Shown in pieces: positions 1 to 12,814 of a stretch of 64,000 nt of DNA; within the stretch, counting starts at the first letter, position 1, and each line of letters starts with the position of its first letter. Made by a program: the position numbers and the translations under genes. The notes under the pieces were generated by a model. The model was not told where the DNA came from. It did not search any database and saw only the letters and a list, made by a program, of their open reading frames with translations. The stretch is from Hyaloraphidium curvatum SAG 235-1 (lineage: Eukaryota; Fungi; Monoblepharomycota), in contig JAIVFI010000003.1 of NCBI GenBank assembly GCA_025558095.1, positions 434,001 to 498,000 of the forward strand, in the 5' to 3' direction.

Positions 1-2648
1 GCGCGAAAGACCTCTGGGGCTAGCGGGGCTCGTCAGCCGGAGCCGAGCCCCTTCCATAGCGACAACAGCATTTCGGAATCACGCCCATCCACCGCCGCAA
101 GCGCGGTCGTCCCTCCGCATCCGCATTGGGAAAACGGGGAAGCGAACGATGACACGGAGACGGAGCCGCTCGTGGAGCAGCTGGTGGTAGGACCGCTGAA
201 GAAATCGAGCGATCTCGCACATGCCCTGCAATTCAACGGTGCTTTGTTCCTCGAAACTAACGTGAGACATTGGGTGGAGAAACTGGATCGTACTCTTAGC
301 GCCACCGCAAGCCGATCCGATGTAGGAGGTGCCCTCGCTGCCATGTTCTCCGATCTTGCGACGTGCCTGGAGAACTATTTGTTGGCGGTAGGCCCGTTCC
401 TCTTCCTGGAGTGGATTCCTTTCTGAATGCAAAATCTTGCAGGTCTCTGCCTCGGATTCCAAGGCGGTTGCCGCCCTTGCTGGGCTCAAACAACCCACCG
501 AGCCTCTGGTTCGGCACGTGCTGCATTTCCTTCGTCTGCATTTGCAGTTCCTGACCCGCTTACGGGACCGGCAACGGACAATAGCCGAGTTCCTTGACGA
601 ATTTGCGCGCATGGAGGAGTGGTACCGCTGCTGGGGCCTGATACAGGGCGAGGTTCCGTCCTTGTCCGCCGGGGACGGGGCGGACAATCGCCTTGGGGAT
701 GGCCGAGACGAGGTTGCAGAGGTTGGCATGAAGCTGGGACGCCTGGTCGAAGAGATCAGGCTTCTTCGTGTCGGTGTGCGTGGCGAGGCTCCCTTGCCAA
801 CGGGCAAAAGGGACAATGCGCCGGCCGTTACAATGACCACAGCAACCAAGGCAGAGAAGAACACAGGCACAGAGCCGCTGTGGCTTTCAATTCGAAGAAC
901 TGGAGTCACCGCGCAGAGACGCAACTTGGAGCTTAATGTTTCAATTCCTGATTACTGGGCTGAACCGACGGCGCCCTATGCCGTTCAACATGTCGCGCTG
1001 GCACCGCGAGAGCTCGGTATTGGCCGGGCGGACTATGTTGTTTGCGATGGCGCCGTCGCCGAGTGTTCAGCCCAAACGAACCCGTTGCCCGACCTAGCTA
1101 GCACGTCGTCGGAAACGACTCCCGTGCAAGTGATGGATGCGGGAAGCCAGTCGCACGTGCTCCGCGACCTCGGCCAGCTGGAGGAAAAGGGCGTCGGAGA
1201 CCCGGTCGCCTGTAGAACCGCGCAGACCGAGACAGAAGCAGTCCGCACAGCATCCAAGGCCCTTGACACAGAGCCTCGCATAGAGGTTGGATGGGTGGAA
1301 CGGGCTGTTTTTGAGGTACGCGCAGTATTCCGCTGTTGGTGTTCAGATCTAATCCGCGCAGGCGCAAGTTGCCAAGAACGAGATGCGGATACTGCAGCTC
1401 ACGAGGAAGTTGCAGCAAGACACTGCAGCACTCGAGACCAAGCTGCAAGAAGCGGAGGATAGGCGCGTAGCAGAGAAGGATCGGGCGAAGAAGGAACTGC
1501 TGCTGGCCGAGGCACAAAGTGGGTTGGGCCGCTCCGATGCCAGAACGCACCTGACGTGGCCGTTACAGACGAGACGCTCCAGATCCAGTTGGCTTCCATG
1601 ACATCAGCTCTTGCCGATACCAGGATACATCTGCTTCAAACGTCGGACGTGCTGGTTCAGGCCACCAACAACGGCGACCGATCTGCGGCAGAGCTGGCAA
1701 CGCTGCGGAAGCAGCTGGCGGCCACGGAGGAATGCCTGGCAGCTTGCAAGACCGAGCTGCACGCCAACGAAGCCAGAGTTCAAGAGCTGCAGGGCGACCT
1801 ACACGCATCGAAAGCACTGGTCTCGCAGCTGGAGGAGAGCAAGGTCGAGCTCCAGGCAGAGACCGCGAGGCTGGATTCGACGATGCAGTCCCATCTTGTA
1901 AGGCGGCCCCCGACACATCTCCGTCTTGCTTATCCTTTTGCTGTAGGCTGCGTTCGACCAGCAGAAGCAGCAGCTTCTCCGCCAGGTTTACGAGCTTGAG
2001 GTCGAGCTCCAATCCTATCGACGTGGCAGACACCAGAGCAAACCGTCGCATGAGCGCAACGGATCTGCAGTTCTCCGCATCAAGGGCAAACCCGCGAGCA
2101 TTCAGCCCACGAATCCGCAGCCACGCTTGCCTGTGGGGCCGATGGGCAAGAACGCCCCGGTCGCGTCGTCTGCAGCCGGCCCCACGCTGCCGCCGCTACC
2201 TTCGGATATGGAGCTTCCAGCTCCGTCGGACGTCGCTACGGGGCCTACGACACCGACGGGGACGGGAACGCCGCCGATCGGCGTTCCGGAAGCCCCTTTG
2301 CCGGCCATGAGCACCGCCTTTGCCATGGCCGTCGCCGGCCTCGCGACCGACCATGCCGGCGCAAATGCCGAAGCACCGCCGCGGCTGGTCGCAGGCAGCG
2401 AAGCCACTGGAGGAGCCGCGATGGTGGCGGCGGAAAAGGGAACCGGGCCATCCCTTCCCGCGCCTCGACAGACGCTAGCCCAACCACAGCCTTGGCCGCG
2501 ACGTTCATGGTCTCCTCCGCGCATGCCGGCCGTCGAAATGGTTGCTCCGCCGTTTGCCGGCACTCCTCCAGCACACTGGGGCACCGCCGGCAACGGAGAT
2601 CTCTTGCGAAGCGGGCCGACGCCGACTGTAGAGAAGAGAGAACAATGA
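1..2648 (+). CDS. Hypothetical multi-exon protein with central coiled-coil and Pro/Ala-rich C-terminus (probably 5'-partial)
   Basis: Consecutive + ORFs (172-426, 437-1462, 1383-1601, 1556-1999, 2127-2648) can be joined by short GT..AG introns. Heptad-like segment LQQDTAALETKLQEAEDRR...LVSQLEESKVELQAET. No family recognised. Confidence 0.55.
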
Positions 2649-2673
2649 AGCACACGTTGACGAATTTCCACGA

Positions 2674-3812
2674 TTACAGAGCGGCCTGAGTTGCGGGCGC
2701 CACGACGTCCTTGAATTCCCCGCTCGCGACCATCTCCTTGACAATGTCCAGGCCGCCAATGAGCTCGCCCTTGACGTACAGCTGCGGGAACGTCGGCCAA
2801 TCGAACAGCTGCTTCAGACCCGCCCGGACCTCCTCATCCTCCAAAATGTCGCTGGCACGTCAAACGGTGAGCTTCAATACATGAGGGGGAGGTCGGCCCG
2901 GCTCACAAGTATCCGAATTCCACACCCTGCTCCTTGAGAATCGTCACAATCTGCCGGGAGAAGCCGCAACGGGGAGCCTCTGGAGTGCCCTTGATAAAAC
3001 ACATCACAGGTTCCTTTGAGACCAGCGCCTTGAGCTTCTGCTCCGTGTTGTTCCGCGGGACCGTCTTTTCGAACTCTCCGCTGGCGATCATCTCCTTAAC
3101 GATGTCGATTCCTCCGACCAGCTCTCCTTTCACGAAGAGCATTGGGTACGTGGGCCAGTTTGCCCAGGTCTTGAGGCCCTGCCGCACTTCCTCGTTGGAA
3201 AGGATGTTGTAGAAGCCGTAGTCGACCTGTTGCTCCTTCAGGATCTCCACGAGCTGCCTCGAGAAGCCGCAACGCGGCTGTGACGGCGTTCCCTTCATTG
3301 CCAGAAACACGTCGTACTGCGAGACGAGCTTCTTGAAGCGCTCATTGGGATCCGCAGATGCCGAGATGGCGGCCTCCTGCGGGCCTGCGGCGGCCTTGGC
3401 GGAGGCAGCAGCGACGGCCGCGGCCGACAGCTTGGCCGCTTTGGCGACGGCCGCGGAAAGTTCGGGGGCGCTGGCGCCGCTGATGCGCTCGGCAATCTGC
3501 TTCCGGTCCTTGAGGACCACGAACGACGGAACCGCGTCGATCTCGAACTCCTCCGACACATCCGGCACGTTCTCGGCCTCGATCTGACCCGGACGTGAGA
3601 GAATGTACGATTCTCGCATCGTTTCCACCGACCTTGAGGAACTTGAGGTCCGGGTACTTCTTGCTGAGCTCCTCGAAGACCTCGTTCATCTGCACGCATT
3701 GCTCCGCCCACGATGCCCAGAAATCCAGCACGGCAAAGGTCCCGGGGGGCAGTTCCTTGAAGATCTGGTCGAACTGCGCCTCATCGGCGACGTCGACCAG
3801 GTTTCCGGCCAT
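2674..3812 (-). CDS. GRX3: Monothiol glutaredoxin GRX3/PICOT (Trx-like domain plus two Grx domains)
   Basis: Trx-like [10 protein letters not shown], then two [15 protein letters not shown] Grx domains with [20 protein letters not shown]. Two introns. ATG 3812, TAA 2674-2676. Confidence 0.95.
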
Positions 3813-4214
3813 CTTTGGCGGATTTCGAGAGCGATGGAATGAGCCGATCCCGGTTCGGGCAAGGGAGCTTCTGCATAAGTACCGCCTCGCGTGGCCGGCG
3901 GCGTCTCCACGTTGCACCCCCTCGCGGCTGGCGCCCATTGTGGCTGACAGCGCTTAACGTGGGTGTTTGATCGGCAGGCGCACCTCGGCGGCCGCGGGCA
4001 CCTCGTTGGGCGGACAGGCCTCTTCGCGGAACTGCGGAGGCCAAACATCTCGGCGTGGGACGCACACGCCCGGCCGGAGCGAAGCACCGCGGGCCGCAGC
4101 GCACGCGGCTGTATTTCGGGCGTCGGTGGCGGCGGCCAACCGGCGGGGTTGCGTGCTCCCCTCCGCTCCCCGGACCCCCGCCGACATCCCGGCCGTCTCG
4201 CAGGCGCCGCCGCC

Positions 4215-5162
4215 ATGGGCCTCTGCAAATGCCGCACCGTTACGAATCTCTTCTGCTTCCAACACCGGAAGAACGTCTGCGAGAAGTGCATCATCACGGA
4301 CCACCCCAAAGTGAGCGGGGCGCCGTGCCCTCTCCCTGGAATCTCCTCACGCCGGTGTGACTCGCCCCGCAGTGCGTGGTTCGCTCGTACCTGCAGTGGC
4401 TGCAAGACAGCGACTATGAGCCTCTGTGCCAGCTGTGCAAGGGCTCCCTTGACCAGGGCGAGCTCGTCCGGTTGACCTGCCTCGGTGAGCGACCCCGCCC
4501 GCGGGCCTGTCGCGGCGGAGACTCACAAGCGGCGCAGACCTCTTCCACACCAACTGCGTAAACGATGCCTGCAACCAGCTCCCCAACACCACCGCCCCCG
4601 CTGGCTACATGTGCGCGACGTGCCAGACTCCCATCATCCCTCCCGACAACGTCAACTCCCCCCTCGCGGAGATCATCCGCTCCAAATTCCAGGACGCGAA
4701 ATGGGCGCAGCACATCCTGCCGCGGAAGCCGCTGCCCTCGGCGGCGGCGGAGCCCACACTGGACGGGCACAAACACGACGACGCGGACGCGAACGGGAAG
4801 CCGCCGCCGATAGTCACCCAGTTCGACTCGGGGGCGGGGGCGGCGGCCGTGATACCCATGGGGAGCGCCGGGCCGACGACGGGGATCCCGGAGACTCTGC
4901 CTCGGAAGGCGGCGGCGAGGGAGAACAAGGATGCGGACGACGACAAGTACGGCAAGGGGGGGAGGGGCGAACCGGGGATGCTTGGCACCTTGCTCAGGTG
5001 GGCACCTTCAGGCATGGTGCCGCGGAGGCCCGCTAACGGTTGCGCTGCCGCAGTGACCTGAAACCGCGGAGAATCGGGTACCGAAAGGCGCTCATCTATT
5101 TGCTAGTGGCTGTCATTGTCGTCGGCGTCGTCCTGGCATCCATGTATCAGACCGAAGAGTGA
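4215..5162 (+). CDS. ZFPL1: Zinc finger protein-like 1 (B-box-like plus RING/PHD-like fingers, C-terminal TM anchor)
   Basis: [32 protein letters not shown]|[26 protein letters not shown] motif, C-terminal hydrophobic [16 protein letters not shown]. Three introns. Confidence 0.9.
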
Positions 5163-5469
5163 TTTGAATGCACTGCTTTACTACCTCGCTGGCGGTGGTG
5201 AGGAGTTGTGCGCACCAGTCGGCACGTGAACCGACAATCAACAAAGTCTCCAAACGAGTGCAGGCCGCACATCGGTCTCGCAGAGTTGATTTGGACTCGG
5301 AGAAACATCTTCTTGGACTGCGGGATCGCGCCAGACCCCGGCCACTGAAGCTTGGCCGCCGTCTCCCCGCCTTCCTCGTTGCCTGGCCCCTTGTCGGCAA
5401 TCTCTCCGCCCGCCGAGGACTCCCTTGAATCCGTGCTGCACATTTGTTTCCTGAATTCAGCTTGCCGGA

Positions 5470-6240
5470 ATGGCCGAGCTCGGCACCTTCACGAAGAAGA
5501 TTCTGTTGAACCCGGAGTGGCAGGAGGTCCTTGCCATCGTCAAGGGCGCGCGCAATGGCGCCGTCTACGGCGCCAAGATCAGGTTTCCCCATGCCCTGGT
5601 CATGACCTTCATGTTCCGCGACGGCCCGTGGGTTTTCCGTGCGCATTCGCCCGCGACCGTGCTGACCTGGCGGTGGCAAGGCTGCGGGACAAGATCCGCT
5701 TCATCCTTACCGCGACCATCAACCACGCGACCAACCTGCTCAAGTTTGCGACCATCTACAAGTCGATCCTCTTCGTCCTGCGCCGGCTCCAGGGCAAGGA
5801 GGCCTTCGTCGACACCTTCATCGCCGGCGCCGTCGGCGGCTACATCGTGTTCCACGACGAGAACCCCATAAACCAGCAGGTGGGTGGCACGTTGAAGGTT
5901 GAGCTGCAGATGGACCCCTTACACGGTTCCGGAAGATCGTGCTGTACCTCTTCTCGCGCGTCATGTTCGGCCTGGGGAAGCTTGCCTACAAGAAGGGCCT
6001 CGTCACCGCGCCCAACAACTCGTTCGCCCTCTTCGCGGCCTTCTGCTGGGGCATGGTCATGTTCCTGTTCAGGCACGAGCGGGACATTCTGCAGGCCTCG
6101 CTGGCGTCGAGCATGCAGTACATTTATCTTGACTCTGGTACGCCAACGCTTGGCCGCTCGCCGTGCCACTCTGATGCTCTGCTTGCGTGCCTCCAGAGAA
6201 GTGGACTTCGCCGAGGACCTTCTTGTGGCACAACAAGTGA
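5470..6240 (+). CDS. PXMP4: Peroxisomal membrane protein 4 (PMP24, Tim17/22 family)
   Basis: KGARNGAVYGAKIRFPHALVMTFMF, FIAGAVGGYIVF, SSMQYIYLDS|EKWTSPRTFLWHNK*. Three introns. Confidence 0.92.
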
Positions 6241-6478
6241 ATGGACTGTGTCTCGGAGGCGCCAAGCAGGTATCAGGTCTGTGTCGCGGGGACGGAAGGT
6301 GGAATTGCAGAGATCTTGGAGTACAGCCGCTTGCGAATGTATCGAATGCCATATACGCCGATCGTCGAGGCGGTTTAGGACGAAAGCGTGACACGCTAAA
6401 GCTGATCCCGCGGTGACCTCGCGAGTCACGAGCCCCCTGATCTTGAGCCCTCAACCCGCGATAAGCCCCGGCAGGCCG

Positions 6479-9400
6479 ATGGACAGCGAAGCGTCGATTG
6501 CGCTGAGCACGGCCGGGGGCTCGCGGAGACCGGAAGCGGCCCCGGAGGCTCAAAGCTCGCCGCAACTGTACGCCTCTACTGCATCGCCTCCTCCGGCGGT
6601 CCGCAGGTCGACGGTCTTCCCTCCACGCCGCGGTTCCGATGATGAGTACAGCAGCGATGGGTCCGATGACGACCACGACCCGGAGGCATTCCTGTTTGGC
6701 GACCGGAGCGAGGACGATGGCCACCGGAGGTCCCATGACGGGCAAGCGTCGGGCCAGCTTTCGGGCCAGCTTTCGGGCCAGCTTTCGGGCCAGCTTTCGG
6801 GCCAGCTTTCGGGCCACGGCGAGCCACCGCGGATAGTGACACATGACGATGAGCGGGATAGCCTGCACGAAGACGGTGCTGCGAGCCGGGGGAACGGCCA
6901 AGGAGCTTCGGCATCGTTCCGCGGGTCGGGCCGGTACGGGAGGGCCAGCGGCTCGCGAAGCTTCTACGAGGCTCCGTTGAACTACGGCTCGGACTCGGAG
7001 GACGACGATGACGAAGACGCCGGACCTACGCAGTCTCTTCTCGTGGAGCGCGGCACGGATGGACCTGGGCCTAGGCCGCCAAAGAGCCGCCGAACTCGCA
7101 GGGCGCCGTCGGGGGCCAGATCGAAGCCGCCTTCAGGGAGCCGCGTGGGATTTCTGCGTTTTCTCGCCGGTGCAGGGAAGCGTCCCGTGGAGGAGATCCC
7201 CTCGAGACCTATGAACGCCCCGTACTCCACTTTACCGCACAGCCGGTACGATGATGGGCCTACCATCACGATTGACTACGGGCCGGATACGCCGGATCCC
7301 GATCTGAAGTTCCTGCCCCGGGAGCAGTCCATCAGGCTGTGGCAGCAGGCCACGTCTTCGTCGAGCAACCTCGATCGCTTCCTGTCACGGTGCTACTCGT
7401 ACTTTGTCGGGAAGGGTATCCATTGCATCGTGTTGGAACGCGTGCTCGGCCTAATGTAAGTTGCTGCTCGACTCTAAGCATGGGCGACACCATGCTAATC
7501 CCTGCTGATCAGAATCTTGGCGTTCGTCATGTGGTTCTCCATTTTCCTGTTCAGCTGCATCGACTACTCGCTCCTGACAAAGGGCAAGTCCCTGTCGGAT
7601 ATCATGGTTCCGCAGTGCTTGAGCAAGTAGGATCAGAAGTGGCATGCGCTCCCATTGTACTCACAGCTGCCTGTCCGAAGGATCCACGGACTCCCCATGA
7701 TCTTCATTGTCCTCTTTTGGTTCTGGTGGATTTCGCAGTGTGTCCAGCTTTTCCTTGACTACCCCAAGCTTCGGGAAATGTACAACTTCTACACGTTCCT
7801 GCTCGAGATCCCAGATGTAAGTCGTGCATTGCGCGATTCCGCTCCTGCTCACATCATGCCGATCAGGTCGACGTGCAATCGGTCTCTTGGACACTCGTTG
7901 TTTCCCGCCTCACCAAGCTGCCCCTGCCAGAGCCTTCCTCCCCGGTTTCTAGCCCTCCTCGCCACGGCGAACCAGCCGTCCCTGCGGAGCTCTCTTCCCT
8001 TTCTATCGCGTCCCGGATCTTGCGCCGCGAGAACTACTGGATCCCGGTGATTACGCAGTCGGAGCTCGTGGATCTTGGCATGCCCTTTTTCGGCGACGTC
8101 CTTACCAAGAGCATGGAATGGAACCTGTGGGTGTCGATCTTCGGCTGGCTCTTCGACAAGAGCGGCGGATCAGTCCGGCGACGAGTCAGGCAAGGGGGGC
8201 AACGAGCAAAGGCCGGCCTAGTGTCGGGGTAGGTTGCGCTCCTTGTCGTGTCGCGCAGCTCTCACCGTGGCCCTTCTCTAGGCTTAAGCGTCGTTTCATC
8301 ATTCTGGGGATCCTTAACTTTGTGTTCTCGCCCCTGATCGTCGGCTTTGTTTTGCTGTACTTCTTCTTTAAGTACGCTGAGGTGGGCGCGAACATCAGAG
8401 ATGCAAAGCCGAGAACCGCGTTGAAACGGACCCGTTCGCAGCAACTTCAAAAGTCGCCGACCCTGCTCAACATGCGCGGATACTCGAGGATCGCAAAGTG
8501 GAAGTTCCGCGAGTTCAACGAGCTGCCGCACTACTTCCACGAGCGACTGAACAAGTCCCATTTGAAGGCGGTAGCGTACATGGACGGATTCCCCAAGGCC
8601 AAGTTGGCCATCGTTGCCCGCTTTGTCACCTTCATTTCTGGCTCTTTCGCCGCGGTGCTTGCTCTCGCTGCTTGGCTGGACGAGGATCTGCTCCTCAACT
8701 TCTATATCACTCCGGGTCGATCGGGCTTATTCTACATCGGACTTTTCGGTGGCATCTTGGCCATTGGGCGGGCCCTTACGCCGGATCCGTACGCTACCTA
8801 CGATCCCAGGCGGCTCATGGAGACGGTGGCGCGGGACACGCACTATCTGCCGCCCGAGTGGCAGTCGAATCTCCACGCGGACGAAGTGCGCAAGGAGTTT
8901 TCGAAACTGTTCCAGCTCAAGATCCTTCTTTTCGTGCAGGAGATCGTGGGCATCTTCTGGACTCCGTGGGTGCTCCTGACGAGGATGCCGGACAATGCCG
9001 AGCGGATCGTGGACTTCTTCGTGGACAACACGGCGTTCGATGAGGGTGTTGGTTGGGTGTGCCGGTTCGCGCTCTTTGATCTGGCCCGCGCGCCCGATGC
9101 GGGAGCTGCTGGCCACGACGATGGTTATTTCGAAGGGACTGCGAAGATGGAGCAGAGCATGGTCGACTTCCGTCTCCACCATCAGGACTGGCAACCGAAC
9201 CCCGAGTCGTCAATGTACCTGTCTCGAGTCTTGGAGGAGCCCAGCCAGCCGACATCGCCGTATACCACGGCCACGAGGCCGGACACTCTCGCTCCGCCTG
9301 TGCAATCACGCGGACGCATCTCTGTGAACGCCCTCTTTTCTCACCAGGCCAGAATTGGTGCCGCGAAGCGCACCGTTTCAGGGCAAACTGCGCGGCCTCT

Positions 9401-9653
9401 GGAGCCCGAGATGCCTCTCACGGATCTTGCTGGAAACTCCGTCCCGGTTGCTCCGGGGACGTCACTTTTCGGATCTCCGTTTAGGGCTGATGGCTTGGCA
9501 GCCACGGAGCTGCAGCCCACACCGCCGAGGACTCACATCGGCGATTCGGCATCCGCAAGCCGGTTCTCGAGCGTCAGCGTCATGGACGGAAAGCAGGGAG
9601 TCGTCAACGTTTTCAAGGAGGTGTACGACGTTGGGATGCAAGGGTTGCTCTAG
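6479..9653 (+). CDS. ATG9: Autophagy-related protein 9 (lipid scramblase)
   Basis: NLDRFLSRCYSYFVGKGIHCIVL, IASRILRRENY, LTKSMEWNL, AKWKFREFNELPHYFHERLNKS, EGVGWVCRFALFD, KMEQSMVDF. Multi-exon. Confidence 0.95.
6752..6811 (+). repeat. Coding tandem repeat, 5 x 12 bp (GGCCAGCTTTCG), encoding (GQLS)5 in the ATG9 N-terminus
   Basis: Perfect tandem repeat read directly from the sequence. Confidence 0.95.
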
Positions 9654-9660
9654 ACACTCT

Positions 9661-10911
9661 CTATGTCTGCCACTCGAAGAAGACGCAAACGACCGTGATG
9701 TTGTCGCTGCCCTGCATTTGTCCGAGCTTCCCGCAAAGCAGCTCAGCGGCCTGCTGGGGCGAAATTCCTTCTTCCTTCCGATCCGCAATCCATTCGACAA
9801 TGTCCTGGCACGAAACGAGCAATCAGATTGCGTCAGTCAGCGGCTTAGCCAAGCAAAAACCTCGTCTTGTACGTAATCCCAAAGGCCATCACTTGCGAGC
9901 TGGCATGCGACCAGTGATCAGTCGGACTGGGCGGCAGCAGCAGCCTATCCACTCACGACCAGGAACTGATGGCCAGGCTGAAGCTGGACTCGCACGATCG
10001 TGGGAGCAGAGGAGACCCAGTCGGCTTCTTTCTGCGATCGGCGTACATCGTAAATCACGCATGACCACGAGGGCTGGATTTCGCACTCGCCTCATTCGCA
10101 GGTGCTTTAAATGCAAAGTCTCCGAGAGCACGAGTCATGTTGAGCGACTGTGCGAGCGCGTAAGTTCCAGCCAGAGCAATCGAACACTATACCCACGTGC
10201 GTTCTTGTGTGCACGCGCCCCTGACTGACGATCGCCTCCGTGTTTTGCAGCCGAACCTGCTCCTTCGGCACTGAAGGCTTGTGGTCCTGGGAAACGCGGA
10301 TGGCGAAGAAGTCGGTTCCTTCCCCTCGCTCCGCGAGAACCGCTCGGCTGTCGCCGACATTGGCAATGAAAAGCATGTCGTCGACTATCAGCGCAACTGT
10401 GGGGTGTGGGAGCATGAGTTGTCCGAGGCGCTCTACCTACTAACGAAAAAGCCCCACCCGTCGCGGTCGTCCCTCCTCTCTTCTCCTCCACGTGCACAGT
10501 CTGGTACAGCTCACGGTCCTCGGCAAGGAAGCCGTTTGCCAGAGCGAGCGGGAAATTGCCCTCCGTGAACGCCTTGTCTTCGACGATGTGCCGATGTATG
10601 TTCTCGGATGCGTGGCGAGCATATGACTCCGAACCATGTCCGTCGAAAACGCCGATGATCGCATGCCGACGAGCGCCCTCTGAGGGCAAGGGCGAAGCTG
10701 TGAGGGGCGGACACCCAGGCGACCAGGCTTGCCAACCCTTTTCCGCCACTGGCGAAGGCTCGGCCATTGCAGCGGCTTCTCCTTCAGCCATGAGCCCGTT
10801 GTCTACAAACGACAGTGCGTCTTGTTGGTAACCGCGCGAGCCCTGTGCCTGGGCGGCGCCGCAATGGAGGTAGAGGGTCGGCCTCTCGTCGACAGTCTGG
10901 TCCGATTCCAT
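9661..10911 (-). CDS. PP2C (PPM) family protein phosphatase
   Basis: QGSRGYQQDA, IIGVFDGHGS, GGTTAT, ANVGDSRAVL, QDHKPS, C-terminal GSDNITVVCVFFEWQT*. Multi-exon. Confidence 0.92.
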
Positions 10912-11051
10912 GGTGTGCACGGCGTAGAAGGCCAAAAGAACGAAGGCGGGGAGAGCCCGATACGGCGTCTGCCGCTGGATTTCGGAGGAGTTCGGGGACA
11001 AGTTTGCGTGGCGGACGGTGACGTGGCCAGGCGCGGGTAAACTTCATTGCC

Positions 11052-12677
11052 TCACATCACAACGTCTACTACCGCTAACGCATGATCGCCGCCGACGGAA
11101 ATGTCAACCACCTTGGCGATTGGCATGGGAAACTCGACTTCGGTAGCCTCAAAGAAGTCGGCGCCGTCGGAGCCCAGGCCGAGCTGCCCGTTCTGGTTCC
11201 GACCGAAACCGAACACCGAAGCCTTATCCGTGACCACAAAGAAGCAATCCAGCCCCGCAAAGATCTGGTGCACGTCCTCTTTCCGAGCAATCCAAGGAGC
11301 TAGGGCTCCGGCCAGCTTCTTTATGCCCGACCCTGGCTTGCCGACCGTCCCCACGTCAGGTCCTAGGCCGAGCACCCCACCCCCAGAGATCCAAACGTCG
11401 TTTGAGGTTATCATATCGCTGTCGTGCACGGATGTCGGCTCGCCGATCGCCAGCACCACGGATGCCCGCCCCGCGGCAGCACAGCCGATCGCATAGCCCC
11501 GGCCCTTGATCCGGCCCTGGAACTTGCCAAAACCCTGACCAGACACGGGAAGATAGTGTCCGTTGACCTGTGGGCCCGCTGGCGTTCCGTACATGCACTG
11601 TCCGTACTCGTTGTTGCCCCAGCTCCACACCGTTCCCGTGGATTCCATCAAGGCTATCGTGTGGTCGCCTTTGGTAAAGAGATGCGAAGTGTACGGCGGC
11701 AGTGAAGGTATCATGCGGAGCACGGGGTCGTGAACAGGGGCTTCGGATCCGTTGCCGTCCACGACAGCGGGCAGAGGTCGTCCGAGCTGTCCATCTGGGC
11801 CCCAGCCCGCGGTGAAGACGTAGCTTTCGCGCCGCTTGCCGGCGATCTTCCTGTCCAGGAGGACCGCAGTGTGATCCAAGCCGCAAGCTACAGCGCGCAT
11901 CACGCTCCAGGGTTGAACCGAGACGTCGAAGGGCTCGCCATATCCGTCCGATTCGGGCACCTCGGGTAACGGAACATGCTGGGGCGACGTAAGCTGCCGC
12001 TCGCGAGATCCAATGGCGAGCTGTCCGAGAGCATTGTCGCCGAAAGTGAACAGGCGAGCGTCCGATCCGTCTTCGCGCGCGACGAGCACGGCGCTGTGTA
12101 GACGCCCCGCCGACGTGCCCACGATCCTGTCGCCGGGCTCGCCCAAAGATACGACGGCAATGTCATAATCCTCTGAAGTCGATCCGTTGCCAAGCTGTCC
12201 TCTCGTGTTGAGCCCCATCGCGAGGAGCAGCGGCGGCAGTCCGTCGAATCTCGACAGGGCAACCAGGGAGTGCGAATGGCCGGCGGCAACGCGTTCCACT
12301 TCCGTGGAATCCAAATGCGGCAGGTAGTCGGCCCCAATCCACTTCCCATCGGCCGATCGCCATTCCAAGGACGTCAGCCGATCCTGAAGGATGTGCTTCC
12401 AATCGAGAGGTTCCGGTCGCACGGCGGCCGGCCCGTCAGCGCCCCCGCGATTCGGCTTTCCGATGGCGTAGCCGTCCGTGTTGCGGGCGCCCCAGCCAAA
12501 GAGGACGCGGCGCGTCGGGGCGGCCGGGGGCTCGGGCTCGGCGTCCGCCGCGAGCCCTCCGGGAGGTTTGAACCACGACGGCAGCCGCCGCGACGACACG
12601 CATCGCCTTCCGGACAAGCCGCTGAGCAAAGCAGAAGGCGCGAAATGCCGCCTATGAGGCAGTCCGGAGATTCTCAT
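11052..12677 (-). CDS. RCC1-repeat protein, RCC1L/WBSCR16-like, with a probable mitochondrial presequence
   Basis: Single 541-aa ORF with repeated G.N..GQLG and VAAG..HS/VACGLDHT motifs. Arg/Ser-rich N-terminus. Confidence 0.8.
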   Translation of the reverse strand: MRISGLPHRRHFAPSALLSGLSGRRCVSSRRLPSWFKPPGGLAADAEPEPPAAPTRRVLFGWGARNTDGYAIGKPNRGGADGPAAVRPEPLDWKHILQDRLTSLEWRSADGKWIGADYLPHLDSTEVERVAAGHSHSLVALSRFDGLPPLLLAMGLNTRGQLGNGSTSEDYDIAVVSLGEPGDRIVGTSAGRLHSAVLVAREDGSDARLFTFGDNALGQLAIGSRERQLTSPQHVPLPEVPESDGYGEPFDVSVQPWSVMRAVACGLDHTAVLLDRKIAGKRRESYVFTAGWGPDGQLGRPLPAVVDGNGSEAPVHDPVLRMIPSLPPYTSHLFTKGDHTIALMESTGTVWSWGNNEYGQCMYGTPAGPQVNGHYLPVSGQGFGKFQGRIKGRGYAIGCAAAGRASVVLAIGEPTSVHDSDMITSNDVWISGGGVLGLGPDVGTVGKPGSGIKKLAGALAPWIARKEDVHQIFAGLDCFFVVTDKASVFGFGRNQNGQLGLGSDGADFFEATEVEFPMPIAKVVDISVGGDHALAVVDVVM

Positions 12678-12814
12678 TGCGTTGTTTACGCAGTCATTCG
12701 ATCACGGCGTCGGAGTCGTTCAGAGCGTCAGAACATCTTCACGCGTCTCCAGACGACCAGGGACGTGGACGTTGCCGAAACGCGTGCAATTCGCGGCGTC
12801 GGACGTGCCCAATC

